IMG/VR virus record: IMGVR_UViG_3300042554_001073
DNA: 64,000 bases
Source of the DNA: a virus
Reading direction: 5' to 3' (one strand)
The first letter of the stretch is position 1, and the number at the start of each line of letters is the position of its first letter. Shown here piece after piece: positions 44,218-54,931 of this stretch. The position numbers and the translations under genes were made by a program. The notes beneath the pieces were generated by a model. It ran no database searches. It was not told the origin of the DNA and was given only the letters and a program-made list of their open reading frames with translations.

Positions 44218-44476
44218 GTTCAATATCAGGAGGAATCACAATGTCATTTGGAGTAATAATAGCATATTTGTATCCATGAATTTCGCAAGTATTAATCATT
44301 ACATCATCTTCGATCTCAATCACATGCATTTCTGGACAGTCGTTCTCTTCTAACATCATAGCATATCTAACTGCGTCATCTTCTTCTTCAAAGAGATAAA
44401 GGATTTGCTCTCCCTCATCATCAACTACAGAATATGCTCCCTCAGTTTCTCTACCATTGATTGTTAGAATAAACAT
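44204..44476 (-). CDS. Hypothetical protein
   Basis: 90-aa ORF between gp47 and gp46. Confidence 0.75.
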   Translation of the reverse strand: MFILTINGRETEGAYSVVDDEGEQILYLFEEEDDAVRYAMMLEENDCPEMHVIEIEDDVMINTCEIHGYKYAIITPNDIVIPPDIEHDFI

Positions 44477-44477
44477 A

Positions 44478-45518
44478 TTAGACTAATTCACATGCTTCCT
44501 GATATATCTCATGTATCACTTTTTGAACGATTGATTTATCAAGATTGATTTCTGCCTCCTCAATATATCTATTCAAGATAGAAAGAGTATCTTCTGACTC
44601 AAAGGCTTCAAAATCTTCAGATACATTAACTACAAAATTTTCTACAACTTTGAGTTCAGCAACTCCAGAAGAATAGAGTTTATCAACGAACTTTTCAAAC
44701 TTTTTAGTATCTGTTTTCTTACGAACAATGATTCTTACGATCTTGTTCTCATACTCACGAGTATCAAATGTTTGATAGTTTGTATCCTCATAGTAAATAT
44801 TATAAAACAAACGATAAGGATTATTGACAGGTTCGTGAGTTATTGTTTCTGTATCAAAAATATGAAATCCACGAGTATCATTCACATCGTTCCAGAACAT
44901 CTCATAAGGATTTCCTAGATAGAAGACTGTCCCGTTGTCCGATCTAGTGTGATAGTGTCCCGAGTAGACCCTACTGAACTTACCAAATAGTTTGCTCTCC
45001 AAACCGTGCTCCATGACGATTTGTTTATTAACTCTAAATCCTTGGAGCTCAAGGTGCCCCATCGCACACGGGCAAGTTGTCTTTTCAATAAGTTTAAGAG
45101 TATTTGCTTCATTTTCTTGATTTATCCAAGGTATAAAAAGTGTAGGTAGTTGACCCAACATCACTTCAGTTGGTTCAGAATATACAGTCACATTATCATA
45201 TTCACGCAGAAGCAAATCAACCGCGTTTACTTGATTCGTATTTTTATAATAAGCAGTATGATTACCAACAATCGTATGAACTTTCATTCCCATCTCTTTA
45301 AGACGGTCATAATAGTTATTCTTTGCCCACGATAAAGCAGAGAAATCAATACCTTTACGACTATCAAAAGTATCTCCCATATCTACAATGGTAGTAATCC
45401 CTTGCTCTTCGAGTGTAGGGAAAAATACATCGTTGTAGAACTTTAAGAAATAATCATGAAAGAGTTTAGAATTCTTTCTTGCTCCAAAGTGCTGGTCGGT
45501 AATAATAGCGACTTTCAT
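44478..45518 (-). CDS. gp47: Recombination endonuclease nuclease subunit
   Basis: TDQHFG, GDTFD, GNH, GHLE, GHYH. Confidence 0.96.
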   Translation of the reverse strand: MKVAIITDQHFGARKNSKLFHDYFLKFYNDVFFPTLEEQGITTIVDMGDTFDSRKGIDFSALSWAKNNYYDRLKEMGMKVHTIVGNHTAYYKNTNQVNAVDLLLREYDNVTVYSEPTEVMLGQLPTLFIPWINQENEANTLKLIEKTTCPCAMGHLELQGFRVNKQIVMEHGLESKLFGKFSRVYSGHYHTRSDNGTVFYLGNPYEMFWNDVNDTRGFHIFDTETITHEPVNNPYRLFYNIYYEDTNYQTFDTREYENKIVRIIVRKKTDTKKFEKFVDKLYSSGVAELKVVENFVVNVSEDFEAFESEDTLSILNRYIEEAEINLDKSIVQKVIHEIYQEACELV

Positions 45519-46016
45519 TCAATAACGAAGTTTAGAGTGGACACCATCCTTGATACTATTATAGTCGGAATAGTTGCCACCGTCAATATTGTTGTCATCT
45601 GTAAACACTTCAGAATATCCAGAACGCTCTAGGATTTTGTTCTTGATTTCTAGTTGACGCTTTTCTCTTTGAATACGGCGAAGGAAGGCGTAGTGAATGA
45701 TTTGAGTGAAGTATGCGAAAGGATTTTGTGACTTCTCTGGATTGAAGTTGTGAATGTACTGAACACAGTTCTCAATCCCATCGGAAATCATATCCTCTTT
45801 GAACATGTAGTTGACAAAGTTGGGTTTGAATGATAGGTGATTAGCAATCTTCAGGAAACACTCTCCAATGTAGCGAGGGATGGGAGGCTTTGGTTTTCCT
45901 TGAATCTCTGCGATTTCTTTGTCTTCACGATACTTAATTAGAGCAGCGAGAAACTCTTTGTTGTTTACATAATGCTCTGACCTCTTTCTTTTGGTCATAA
46001 CTGCTGTGGTTATCAT
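45519..46016 (-). CDS. gp55: Late sigma factor
   Basis: HYVNNKEF, PNFVNYMFKEDMISDGIENC, NPFAYFTQI. Confidence 0.95.
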   Translation of the reverse strand: MITTAVMTKRKRSEHYVNNKEFLAALIKYREDKEIAEIQGKPKPPIPRYIGECFLKIANHLSFKPNFVNYMFKEDMISDGIENCVQYIHNFNPEKSQNPFAYFTQIIHYAFLRRIQREKRQLEIKNKILERSGYSEVFTDDNNIDGGNYSDYNSIKDGVHSKLRY

Positions 46017-46121
46017 AAGTTTTTATCATTATTATGTATAAATTATACCACTTAAACAAATACTTGACAAGGTGTGCGAAACCCTGTACAATTACCTTTG
46101 TGGAGGTTAAAAGGGTTAGCT

Positions 46122-46511
46122 TTAGCTATTTTTATAGAGCTTCTCTAATATCTCTTTAGCATCATTGACATTAGCAAGATATCCCATTTTTCTACTTAAC
46201 TTGGACTGATTGCCATCATGAGTAGATTGACGGACATAATTCTGATACATCATAATCATTTCTATATCAGAAGATTCTGACAGAGTAAGTACATCTTCGA
46301 TATTAAGAATAAACATATCTTCAGTTGTTGTCTTTAACCAAGGTTCTAGTTTATATCCAACTGTTCCGGTTCTTCCTTTTATTTCAGATACAATAATTGG
46401 ATTAGAGACGAGAAGTAAAGTTCTATCATCTTCTTCAGTAGGTGCTACCTTTGCGAAGATTTCTTCTCCTGTTTTTAACTTTATTGTTGCGTAAAAATCA
46501 TCTTCTATCAT
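46122..46511 (-). CDS. Conserved hypothetical protein
   Basis: IKLKTGEEIFAKV. Confidence 0.75.
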   Translation of the reverse strand: MIEDDFYATIKLKTGEEIFAKVAPTEEDDRTLLLVSNPIIVSEIKGRTGTVGYKLEPWLKTTTEDMFILNIEDVLTLSESSDIEMIMMYQNYVRQSTHDGNQSKLSRKMGYLANVNDAKEILEKLYKNS

Positions 46512-47986
46512 TTGCTCTTTAATTGAATTGTGATTATTTCATAGTTGAAGTTCTCTTCATTATATGTTTTGATTCTTTCTATAAAGTGATTGAGGGTATA
46601 ATTTTTTCTTGACTTATTTGTACAGTCGTCAGCAATATCATAAAGAGTTGCTTTTACTTTATCTTTTCCTTTTCTAAGAACTCGTCCAATGCTTTGAAGA
46701 TTTCGTATTCTGGACTTACTTGGTGAGGCAAAGATAACATTATGGAGATTTTTAATGTTGATACCAGTAGAAAAAGTTCCATATGAGGCAACAATGATTG
46801 CGTTGTTCTCCCTCTCGGTTATCTCTCTTACTAGTTCCCTCTCTTCAGCATCAACTCCACCATGAACAAAAAATACTTTACGCTCATCTCGCTTATTAGT
46901 ATTTATCATATCGTAGAGTATCGCACCATGAGCTTCAACTCTAGCAAATAAAACAAGAGTATTTCCTTTTAGATCTAATGCCAGATTTTTAATAAATTTA
47001 TTTCTCTGTTCGTGACCGATTAAATACTGTATCTCATCTTCATAAGTTTCAAACTTTTGTGGAGAGTGCTTGAGAACAAGACACTGAATATCAAGTTGAG
47101 AAAGATGTCCTTGTCTCATCAACTCATCAGTTCTTGTTACTTTATATGATGGACCAAACAATCCTTCTAGAACCCATTTATGAGTTTGTGTTCCATCTAA
47201 TGTTCCAGTAAACCCAAAACGATACTTGGCATGATGAAGTTTTGTCATAATCTCAATCAGAGATTTGCTCTTGAACAAATGAGCTTCATCACCTATAATG
47301 ACACCATATTCTTCAAAGAATGAACGCTCTAGTTTATATACTGATTGCCAGGTAGTAATAGTCACTGGATATTCATTCGTTTTTTCCCTACCAGAATAGA
47401 TACGGTGGCAGTATGAATCAGCATCCCAACCATAATCAAGGAAGTCCTTGTACATCTGCTCTACAAGAGATGTCGTCGGAACAACTAAAAGAATTTTTTC
47501 GCCTCTATCCACATAATATCTTACGAGAGAATAAATCATCAACGATTTGCCGCTCGCAGTGGGGCTTATCAATAGTTTTCTATTATGCTTTAGGGCACCA
47601 TATACTCCCTCAATTTGATACTTCCTGGGAGTATGGGCACAAATGGAATGCATGTAATCCTTGACACCATCATATGAGATGTGCTCATTCTCTTCGTATG
47701 GAGTGCCATAGAACTTATTATCTTCAAACTTATAAGTGTATCCGTATTGCTTACAGAAGGATACAATCTTATCTAGCAAACCGACATAGATTTGCTTTGA
47801 CCTCATATCATATAGATGAATTTCTCCATTCCAATTTCTACCACGGTACTGTGGCATGAACTTAGCGTTAGGAACCTCAAACTTAAAGTGGTCTCTTAAC
47901 TCATACTCAATATGAGGTTCTGTGTTGATTTTTAAAAATACTTCGTTGGACTTGGAAATAACAAGGTTTGCTGTAGTATCAATCAC
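46508..47986 (-). CDS. uvsW: DNA helicase UvsW
   Basis: PTASGKS, DEAH, GTFSTG, QSIGRVLR. Confidence 0.95.
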   Translation of the reverse strand: MIDTTANLVISKSNEVFLKINTEPHIEYELRDHFKFEVPNAKFMPQYRGRNWNGEIHLYDMRSKQIYVGLLDKIVSFCKQYGYTYKFEDNKFYGTPYEENEHISYDGVKDYMHSICAHTPRKYQIEGVYGALKHNRKLLISPTASGKSLMIYSLVRYYVDRGEKILLVVPTTSLVEQMYKDFLDYGWDADSYCHRIYSGREKTNEYPVTITTWQSVYKLERSFFEEYGVIIGDEAHLFKSKSLIEIMTKLHHAKYRFGFTGTLDGTQTHKWVLEGLFGPSYKVTRTDELMRQGHLSQLDIQCLVLKHSPQKFETYEDEIQYLIGHEQRNKFIKNLALDLKGNTLVLFARVEAHGAILYDMINTNKRDERKVFFVHGGVDAEERELVREITERENNAIIVASYGTFSTGINIKNLHNVIFASPSKSRIRNLQSIGRVLRKGKDKVKATLYDIADDCTNKSRKNYTLNHFIERIKTYNEENFNYEIITIQLKSK

Positions 47987-48014
47987 ATATATCCATTCAT
48001 CTATGGATATTTAT

Positions 48015-48452
48015 TTACCCTAGTCCAGAGTTAAATCTCATAAACTCAATAGCATTTTTAATTTGGTATGTTCTGTTCTGAACCATTTTAAGAATACTTT
48101 CAATATAAACAAGCATTGTATCGTAGTAATCAATTTTTAAACATACTGTAGATAACTTTTCATCAGCATCAAGATACTTTTGCATTGTATCTTTATCACG
48201 AATCTTTTTGGGAAAGGGGTTATCTATGTAAACTTCTGGGTCTGACTTTCCTGAATAATATTCATATCTTTCGTGACGAATATTTCTTTTCTGCTGCTCC
48301 GCTTTTTTTCTTAAAAGAAAAATGGTATTATAAAGTTCAAAATATTTTGCATGAAGAGTGGGAATATTTGTTGACTCGGTATGTAGATTGTCCATATCAA
48401 TCTTGGAGTCTTTTTCCCACATCTCTTGAATTTTATCAAGATCAATTGTCAT
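48015..48452 (-). CDS. uvsY: Recombination mediator UvsY
   Basis: D.KID...P.LHAKY...NAIEF..F..G; synteny. Confidence 0.88.
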   Translation of the reverse strand: MTIDLDKIQEMWEKDSKIDMDNLHTESTNIPTLHAKYFELYNTIFLLRKKAEQQKRNIRHERYEYYSGKSDPEVYIDNPFPKKIRDKDTMQKYLDADEKLSTVCLKIDYYDTMLVYIESILKMVQNRTYQIKNAIEFMRFNSGLG

Positions 48453-49003
48453 AGAGAGTTGCCAGATAAATCTGTTATATTGTAGATAGTATACTTGAAA
48501 CTTACGTCTGCTGTAAAGTATTGTATGTCAGTGTCTGTGGCATCAAAAGTTATTGTTGACAATGAATATGGAAATAAATCTTTAAAAAATACTTGAAATT
48601 TTGCTACCAAATTACTATTCAGAATTTGTAGAGTTCCGTCTGAATAAATGTTTTGCCTATCGTTTGTATAATTTCCTTGAATAATTCCTTCGTTACTAAG
48701 ATCTCTAAATTGCTTTACATCTTCTGGATATCCTAGACCTCTCATCCAATTTTGTATTTCCATATAATTTTCAAGATTTTCGTCAACCAAAAATCTTAAA
48801 TTCAAATCTCCAAATTCCAACTTATCTCCAGGTACTGGAATATCTCTAAGATATGATGGTTGATTTGCGATACCTAGATTAATATCTGGGATATTTGCTT
48901 GATTACAGAAAAATGCTACCTTTGGACTTCTTTTTAAAACAAACTTAAATCCAGTAGGTGATAGAAAATTTCTATTTTCAATTTGGGATGGTCTTCCTGC
49001 CAT
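48449..49003 (-). CDS. gp3: Tail tube terminator / tail completion protein
   Basis: NFLSPTGFKF, PGDKLEFGDLNLRFLVDE; synteny. Confidence 0.8.
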   Translation of the reverse strand: MAGRPSQIENRNFLSPTGFKFVLKRSPKVAFFCNQANIPDINLGIANQPSYLRDIPVPGDKLEFGDLNLRFLVDENLENYMEIQNWMRGLGYPEDVKQFRDLSNEGIIQGNYTNDRQNIYSDGTLQILNSNLVAKFQVFFKDLFPYSLSTITFDATDTDIQYFTADVSFKYTIYNITDLSGNSL

Positions 49004-49021
49004 TTTTTCTAACTATTTAGA

Positions 49022-49052
49022 TAAAAAAAGGGGTCCTTTCGGACCCCCCCAG
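49022..49052 (-). terminator. Terminator after the major capsid gene
   Basis: GGGGTCC-GAAA-GGACCCC followed by a T run. Confidence 0.85.
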
Positions 49053-49072
49053 AAAAACCTTTGTGAAATAAA

Positions 49073-50500
49073 TCACATGAGGTTCTTAACAGCAACACGT
49101 CTGTAGTAACGGTTTGCGTTAATGTTGAGACCACCAAGACCCTGGTTGGTTCCTTCCGCGAATGGGTTAGCGACCATGCCGTAGCGGGTCTTAAAGCCAA
49201 TCTTTGGCTGGAAGGTGTTCTCGCCAACGGCACGAACCATTTGGAGAGGAACATATGGGCAATAGAAGAGTCCAGCGTCATAAGGTGAAGAACCCTTATA
49301 ACCAACAACATAGTACTGGTTGCCTGGAGTGCCGTTAGCAGCAGTCAGGTTAGCAGCATATGGGTCGATGTAGACACGGAATTTGCCCATCAGAGTACCA
49401 GCAAAGGTGTTGCCGGTGTCATCAACGTTCAGGTTAGCGTTGAGTGCTGGGGTGTAGTCGAGAACACCAGCCATGGTCAGTGCTGAAGCAACGTCAGCAG
49501 AGCACATGATGATGTTGCCCTTTCCGCGACGAGTTCTTTGTGCGATTGCGTTAGCATCACGCTCGATTTGGAACAGAAGACCCTTGAACTTCTCAACAGA
49601 CCAACGACCATTGGAGTCGATGTCTAGGTCAAAAGTACCAGCAGAAGCAACGTTCTGAACAGCACCCTGCTCAGCAACCTTGTAGATGGTTCTGATGACT
49701 TCACGGTTGATTTCAGCAAGAATCTCAGTTGACAGAATGTTTGCCAACTCAGCTTCTGCGTTCAGACCGTGAATTGCCTTAAGGTCCTGAGCAAGCTCAA
49801 GTGAGTACTCAGCCTTCAGTGCGCGTGACTTAGCAGTAACGGTAACTTTCTCAATCGAGAAAGCCATTTCGTTAAACTCGTTGCCGGTGCCGTCGCCAAG
49901 AGCTTCAGCATCATCGGTACGCATACCCTGACCAACATTGTATCCTAGTGAGGATGCAGATGATACTGGGTTGAGAACTGATGGGTTGGTGCCTGACTGT
50001 GCGGTCGTACCAAGACCAGCATTTGCATCACTGAATCCATCAGTGAGGTTGCGGGAATTGTTCTGACCAGACCATGCGGTGTCTGCTTCGTTGAACAGAG
50101 CTTCGCTGCCACTCTGGGTAGCATAGCGGGAACGCATTGCGAAGATGAGTCCAGTAGGACCACTCATTGGTTGAACGCCAGCGAGGTCATAAGCGACCAG
50201 GTTAGGCATTGAACGTCTGATCAGTGAGATCAGAACAGGGTCGAAACCAGCAACAGGACCAGCATCAGTTGCGTTAGCACTGAAACCAGCACTAGCTCCA
50301 GATTGAGTGTTAACGTTAGGAGCTGCTTCTGTCAGGAATGAACCCGAAGTTGCGAAAGCGTTTTGCTCTCTTAGGAATTTTTCTTGGTTTTCTAGCAGGA
50401 CTGCGGTTACCGCTCTTCTGTGCGAATCTTTGATTGAATCAAGACCCTCATAGTTGAGGAGAGGTGCCCACTTTTCCTGCAGATGCTCGGATTGGAACAT
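49073..50500 (-). CDS. gp23: Major capsid protein
   Basis: DPVLISLIRR, GVQPMSGPTGLIFAMR, SRALKAEYSLELAQDL, YCPYVPL. Confidence 0.98.
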   Translation of the reverse strand: MFQSEHLQEKWAPLLNYEGLDSIKDSHRRAVTAVLLENQEKFLREQNAFATSGSFLTEAAPNVNTQSGASAGFSANATDAGPVAGFDPVLISLIRRSMPNLVAYDLAGVQPMSGPTGLIFAMRSRYATQSGSEALFNEADTAWSGQNNSRNLTDGFSDANAGLGTTAQSGTNPSVLNPVSSASSLGYNVGQGMRTDDAEALGDGTGNEFNEMAFSIEKVTVTAKSRALKAEYSLELAQDLKAIHGLNAEAELANILSTEILAEINREVIRTIYKVAEQGAVQNVASAGTFDLDIDSNGRWSVEKFKGLLFQIERDANAIAQRTRRGKGNIIMCSADVASALTMAGVLDYTPALNANLNVDDTGNTFAGTLMGKFRVYIDPYAANLTAANGTPGNQYYVVGYKGSSPYDAGLFYCPYVPLQMVRAVGENTFQPKIGFKTRYGMVANPFAEGTNQGLGGLNINANRYYRRVAVKNLM

Positions 50501-50552
50501 TTGCGTTTACCTTTGTTGTGTGGATGTTTTGTTTGAATTATATTAAATTCAA

Positions 50553-51689
50553 TTATTTGCTAAATGATGAGAGAGTTCTCAGATAAGTTGACATAGTGCC
50601 AGTCATATCTGCGGGTGAACTGTCTACTCCCTCAGAGAGGGACTCAGTTTTAGCAGAAGGAGATACTACTCTTGAAGGGAAATATGATTCCTTCAATGTC
50701 TCCAGCTTTTCACGATATTCTTCTTCACTTTCAAACTCAACACTTTCGGCAAGTGAAGCGAGCTTGTCTTTCTGAGTAGCAGCAAGGCCCTCAGAAATCT
50801 CATCAAAGATTCCTTGTGCAACCGACTCTGCGAGACGCTTGTTTAGGGAAACGTTCTTCTCGATTTGCTCGTTGAGTTTTGTCTCCATTTCATCAAGTTT
50901 TTCTACCATGCTCTCAAGCACATTATATTTATCTTCAGGGATTGATACATAATGTTCTTCAAAAAGTCCTCTCAGACCAGTCATGAAGGATTCGGTTAAC
51001 TCCTCCTTCAGACCACCTTCGATTGAGAGTGCGTTCTCTTGGAACCACTCTTCAGCAACATACTCTAGATAAGAATCGACACGCTCAGAAAGAGCTTCAG
51101 CGATTTCTTGTACTTCTTCAGTTAAACGCTCTTCATAATGAGCTTCTAACTGCTCTTTGATTTGTACAGCCTTTGAAGTAATTGCTGCTTCAAAGATTGT
51201 TTTTGCTTTTTCCTTAAACTCTTCGGAGAGTTCTTCGCCTTCCATTAGAGCATTAACATCTTCTTCGATGTCATATTCCTCTTCAACTACTTCCTCTTCT
51301 TCTCCTTCTTCCCCTTCACCTTCTTCTACCACTTCTTCCTCACCTTCAATCTCTTCCTCTTCAGACTCCGCAATTACTTCTTCATCATCTAGATCCAACT
51401 CTTCTTCCTTCATTCCCTTTGCGGTTTCTGCTGGCTTAGCACCTTTATTTACAACATCCTTGACTTGCTTAAGAGTTGCTCCTGGGGTCTTCAGCTTAGC
51501 TGAATCATCATCAGACTTATAATTGTCTGGGGTAGGACCACCAAGATCTTCCCAAGAACCAGTTTGACCTGGGGGAATATTACCTGATAGTTTTGGCATT
51601 CCTTCTGCAGCAGCTGCACCTGAGTTAACAGCAGTTTTGGATGGTTTAGTGCCTACTTCCATTTCTTGTAATTGTTTGCCACGAGACAT
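50553..51689 (-). CDS. gp22: Prohead core scaffold protein
   Basis: ELSEEFKEKAKTIFEAA; acidic; synteny. Confidence 0.93.
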   Translation of the reverse strand: MSRGKQLQEMEVGTKPSKTAVNSGAAAAEGMPKLSGNIPPGQTGSWEDLGGPTPDNYKSDDDSAKLKTPGATLKQVKDVVNKGAKPAETAKGMKEEELDLDDEEVIAESEEEEIEGEEEVVEEGEGEEGEEEEVVEEEYDIEEDVNALMEGEELSEEFKEKAKTIFEAAITSKAVQIKEQLEAHYEERLTEEVQEIAEALSERVDSYLEYVAEEWFQENALSIEGGLKEELTESFMTGLRGLFEEHYVSIPEDKYNVLESMVEKLDEMETKLNEQIEKNVSLNKRLAESVAQGIFDEISEGLAATQKDKLASLAESVEFESEEEYREKLETLKESYFPSRVVSPSAKTESLSEGVDSSPADMTGTMSTYLRTLSSFSK

Positions 51690-51743
51690 TTGAACTCTCC
51701 GATTTTCCTGTAGTAAATCTATATTTATTTATAAATTAATAAA

Positions 51744-52394
51744 TTACAATGAATTTAGGAACTCATTGAATAAACTTAATTTATAGTCTTCCAAAATATT
51801 TTGGTCAACTAAAGAATTAATTCTTTTTTTGGTTTGCTCGGCATATTTTTCACGAAGAATGCCACCATCCCAAATCCACTCCTTACCTTCCATAATTCCT
51901 TGAACAAATGCGTCAGGAGCTGAAGGATCTGCTACAATATCCGCAGCAGTCGCAAGCATAAAATCTTCACCAACTTCTTTGTAACCTTCTCTAGTTTCTC
52001 TTAATGAACCAATACCACGAGAGGAAACGCCAAGAGTTACTCCATCTTTAAGAAGAGATTCGGCAATTTTTCCCATTGGTGTTGAAAGGATCTGTGCCTT
52101 ACCAATGAAGTTATTACCTTCTCGATAAAGATCTGTAATCTTATGAGAAACTCTATCGAGATTCACAGTTGGTCCATCTGGATGTCCTAGTTCACCAAGA
52201 GCACGTCCTTTTTGAACATAATTTTCATTATAACGTTTTACTTCTCTTTCCATAATAGAAAAGGGATATTTTCTACCATTACGATTTACACATTCGGACT
52301 GTAGAAAAATTCCTTTAATGTAAAGATTCTTTTTACCACCAACTGTTTCGGTGATAACTTCTACTTTTTCGATTTCTTCTCTGATAAGTTTCAT
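51744..52394 (-). CDS. gp21: Prohead protease
   Basis: NRNGR.Y, GELGHP, GVSSRG, DPS. Confidence 0.96.
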   Translation of the reverse strand: MKLIREEIEKVEVITETVGGKKNLYIKGIFLQSECVNRNGRKYPFSIMEREVKRYNENYVQKGRALGELGHPDGPTVNLDRVSHKITDLYREGNNFIGKAQILSTPMGKIAESLLKDGVTLGVSSRGIGSLRETREGYKEVGEDFMLATAADIVADPSAPDAFVQGIMEGKEWIWDGGILREKYAEQTKKRINSLVDQNILEDYKLSLFNEFLNSL

Positions 52395-52945
52395 TATGCT
52401 TGCCCCGTAACTTGTACTTGTTGGTAATAAAGAGTTCCTGAACCAACACCTCTAGCAGAAACTTTGTTTGAGATGCTGATTGATGCATCATTAGATGAAA
52501 AAGCAGTAACAACTCCACTTGAGTTATGATTAACTACCATTCTTGTTTGATGGTATCCATCATAAGAAGAGGTACTGTCCACAGACAAAACTTGTTTGTG
52601 AGAAAAATCATAATAAGATTGACCACTAGCAGATAAAGATACATAATCGCCGACACCAAAAGGAACTTGAGTTCCTTCTGGAACTGTAATTGTTGTTGTG
52701 GTTCCAGTTGTAACACCTACAACACGATTAGATGCTTTAGTCAGTGCCAATGTTACTGATTCACCGGAAGAAACATAATAATCTGATGTTGTTGCGATAG
52801 GATCTCCATCAATCTTTACATGAGCAGCACCACTCACTGCCACAATTCTCAATACGTTAGATTGAACAGAAAAGGCAGATGATGTGGTAGCAGTTCCTGC
52901 AGTAAATATAAAAGAGGATCCAGCACCTACTGGTCTATGAGTCAT
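52394..52945 (-). CDS. Conserved hypothetical protein, probably structural
   Basis: 183-aa beta-rich ORF coupled to gp21. Confidence 0.7.
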   Translation of the reverse strand: MTHRPVGAGSSFIFTAGTATTSSAFSVQSNVLRIVAVSGAAHVKIDGDPIATTSDYYVSSGESVTLALTKASNRVVGVTTGTTTTITVPEGTQVPFGVGDYVSLSASGQSYYDFSHKQVLSVDSTSSYDGYHQTRMVVNHNSSGVVTAFSSNDASISISNKVSARGVGSGTLYYQQVQVTGQA

Positions 52946-52980
52946 TATTCTTATAATACATTTAATAGTTATTTATTAAA

Positions 52981-54411
52981 TTAATAAATCTCCCTCCATT
53001 GGAGAGCAGCAGCAACGTTAGCAGTAGCATTACCTGTAGTAGTAATAGTTCTTACAACAAGCACATAAATTTCAGAATTTGTTGAATTTATATTTTGAAC
53101 AATAATATTTTTCTTTGCCTGACTCAATGTTCCAGAAGCAACTGGTGAAAGTGAGTTTTGGGACGCACCAGAAGGAACATAACCCGATGCAAAAACATCA
53201 CCATTATTGTAAGTTGTTGCATCAATACAAACTTCAACACCACTATTATCAGAAGCAGAAGTCCAAGTTAAAGTTCCCGCATTACTCAAATAAACATCAC
53301 TTGGAAGTTTTATAACTTTATAAACAATACTATTGGTCTCACAAAATAATGAAATATTATTTAATTTAACTGATATTCTATTTGGATATCCCTGGAAAAT
53401 ATTTTTGAGACGAATCGCAATCAAAGGAAGTTCTGTTCCCGCTGGTGTTGGTGTAGTTCTTGTAGTGGTCATTGTATAAGCAAAGTCAATACCACTTTCT
53501 ACATATCCACCTTCTGACATTACAGAAGAACAAATCTGATCAAATGATGCTCCAATACCTACACCAGTGTTTCTAAGTTCACAGCGGACTGGTAAGTTTG
53601 GATTTGCAATATAAACAGTGCTCTGATAATTGGAATGATTAAATTCATGTGCAGTGATGAGTTGTCCATTATGAGCAAAACCACAACGGACTCTACCAAC
53701 ACCCAACCACTGAAAATCTATAAATGCAAGTTGAGTCTTTGTAATATCCAAATTGAACCCAGAGGTTCCCGTTCCATCACACTTATCTCTGTTCCATTGT
53801 GACTGTGAAATTCTAGTTTCCGTTGCAATACCACTTACAAAAGTTCTGATTACCCAATTGTTTGTTCCAATACCAGGATTTATTCCATCAGAAGTATTAA
53901 GTCCAACCTGTTCAAAATAAATTCCATCTCTATCATCAAAGTATCCAGTTCTTTTAGTTGCATTTTGCTGTGGAGCATAAAAGTTAAAGGAACTAAAAAT
54001 TAGTTGTCCCTTTCCCGGTTGATAGTGGTGGTAAAACTTCGTTTGGTGAATACTAAATGCTGTAGATCCAATACCAGTCCGCAATCTTGCACAAGCTTGG
54101 TTTTGTAAAAATGTTACTGTCGAACCTGCTCCAGAAACACTATCTAAGAAGTTTGGGTCAATAGCATAAAGGTGCTTATAGTCACCAAGAGTAAAGGGTT
54201 CTGAGACTCTACCTCTACCAAATGCATCAACTGCATTTGTATCTGGATTAATGGTTACAACAGTTTCTGATGAAATCCCAACAGTTCCGGTAACTGGAAA
54301 TGGATTCTTACTACTAATTATTTGTCCGTCACTTGACGCAACACCTACAACTTCAAATAAAGATCTTTCTTGATTTAAATAATCTTGAATTTGTATATTC
54401 CACTGAGCCAT
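52981..54411 (-). CDS. Putative virion structural protein
   Basis: 476 aa; DAFGR.RVS.P.TL, YQPGK, WLGVGRVR. Confidence 0.7.
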   Translation of the reverse strand: MAQWNIQIQDYLNQERSLFEVVGVASSDGQIISSKNPFPVTGTVGISSETVVTINPDTNAVDAFGRGRVSEPFTLGDYKHLYAIDPNFLDSVSGAGSTVTFLQNQACARLRTGIGSTAFSIHQTKFYHHYQPGKGQLIFSSFNFYAPQQNATKRTGYFDDRDGIYFEQVGLNTSDGINPGIGTNNWVIRTFVSGIATETRISQSQWNRDKCDGTGTSGFNLDITKTQLAFIDFQWLGVGRVRCGFAHNGQLITAHEFNHSNYQSTVYIANPNLPVRCELRNTGVGIGASFDQICSSVMSEGGYVESGIDFAYTMTTTRTTPTPAGTELPLIAIRLKNIFQGYPNRISVKLNNISLFCETNSIVYKVIKLPSDVYLSNAGTLTWTSASDNSGVEVCIDATTYNNGDVFASGYVPSGASQNSLSPVASGTLSQAKKNIIVQNINSTNSEIYVLVVRTITTTGNATANVAAALQWREIY

Positions 54412-54728
54412 TAATCAATCCATTCCAATTTTGACGGGTGGTATCTTTGTGCGTTTTTGATGTTTAAATTTTTTTCTAAAACAGGATAGATTTGATGAAC
54501 AACTGCTCCGGGATAATTGGATTGTAATTGTTCACCAAGTTCTCTTGTGGAAGGAATTCCGTTTTTAGTAATCATTTCCAAACGATATAAACTCCCATTC
54601 CACATTACATCAGCAACATACTCCTCACCAACTTGTTGTTGTTCTGGTTGAGAATTTACATAAAGATTTCCTGTAAAATCTCCAGCAATATTGATTGATT
54701 CTGAAATAAATTGCTTATAGGATTTCAT
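54411..54728 (-). CDS. Hypothetical protein with capsid-targeting-like N terminus
   Basis: MKSYKQFISE. Confidence 0.7.
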   Translation of the reverse strand: MKSYKQFISESINIAGDFTGNLYVNSQPEQQQVGEEYVADVMWNGSLYRLEMITKNGIPSTRELGEQLQSNYPGAVVHQIYPVLEKNLNIKNAQRYHPSKLEWID

Positions 54729-54904
54729 TCTTCCTCTTCGTATTCTTCCTCACTTTCTTCATCTTGACCAAACATGCTTGATGCTACAACTGGACGAAAA
54801 GCATCAATTTTTTCAGATGATTTTGAAAATAAAATATCTTTAATCTTATCACTGATTTGTGATGGTGGTTCATCAGCGATAATCATATCCAAAAGGTCAT
54901 CCAT
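54725..54904 (-). CDS. Small acidic prohead core protein (gp67-like position)
   Basis: Hand-translated MDDLLDMII...EEEYEEEE directly after the portal gene. Confidence 0.65.
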   Translation of the reverse strand: MDDLLDMIIADEPPSQISDKIKDILFSKSSEKIDAFRPVVASSMFGQDEESEEEYEEEE

Positions 54905-54931
54905 TTTAAATACCTAAGTAATTTTCTTTAT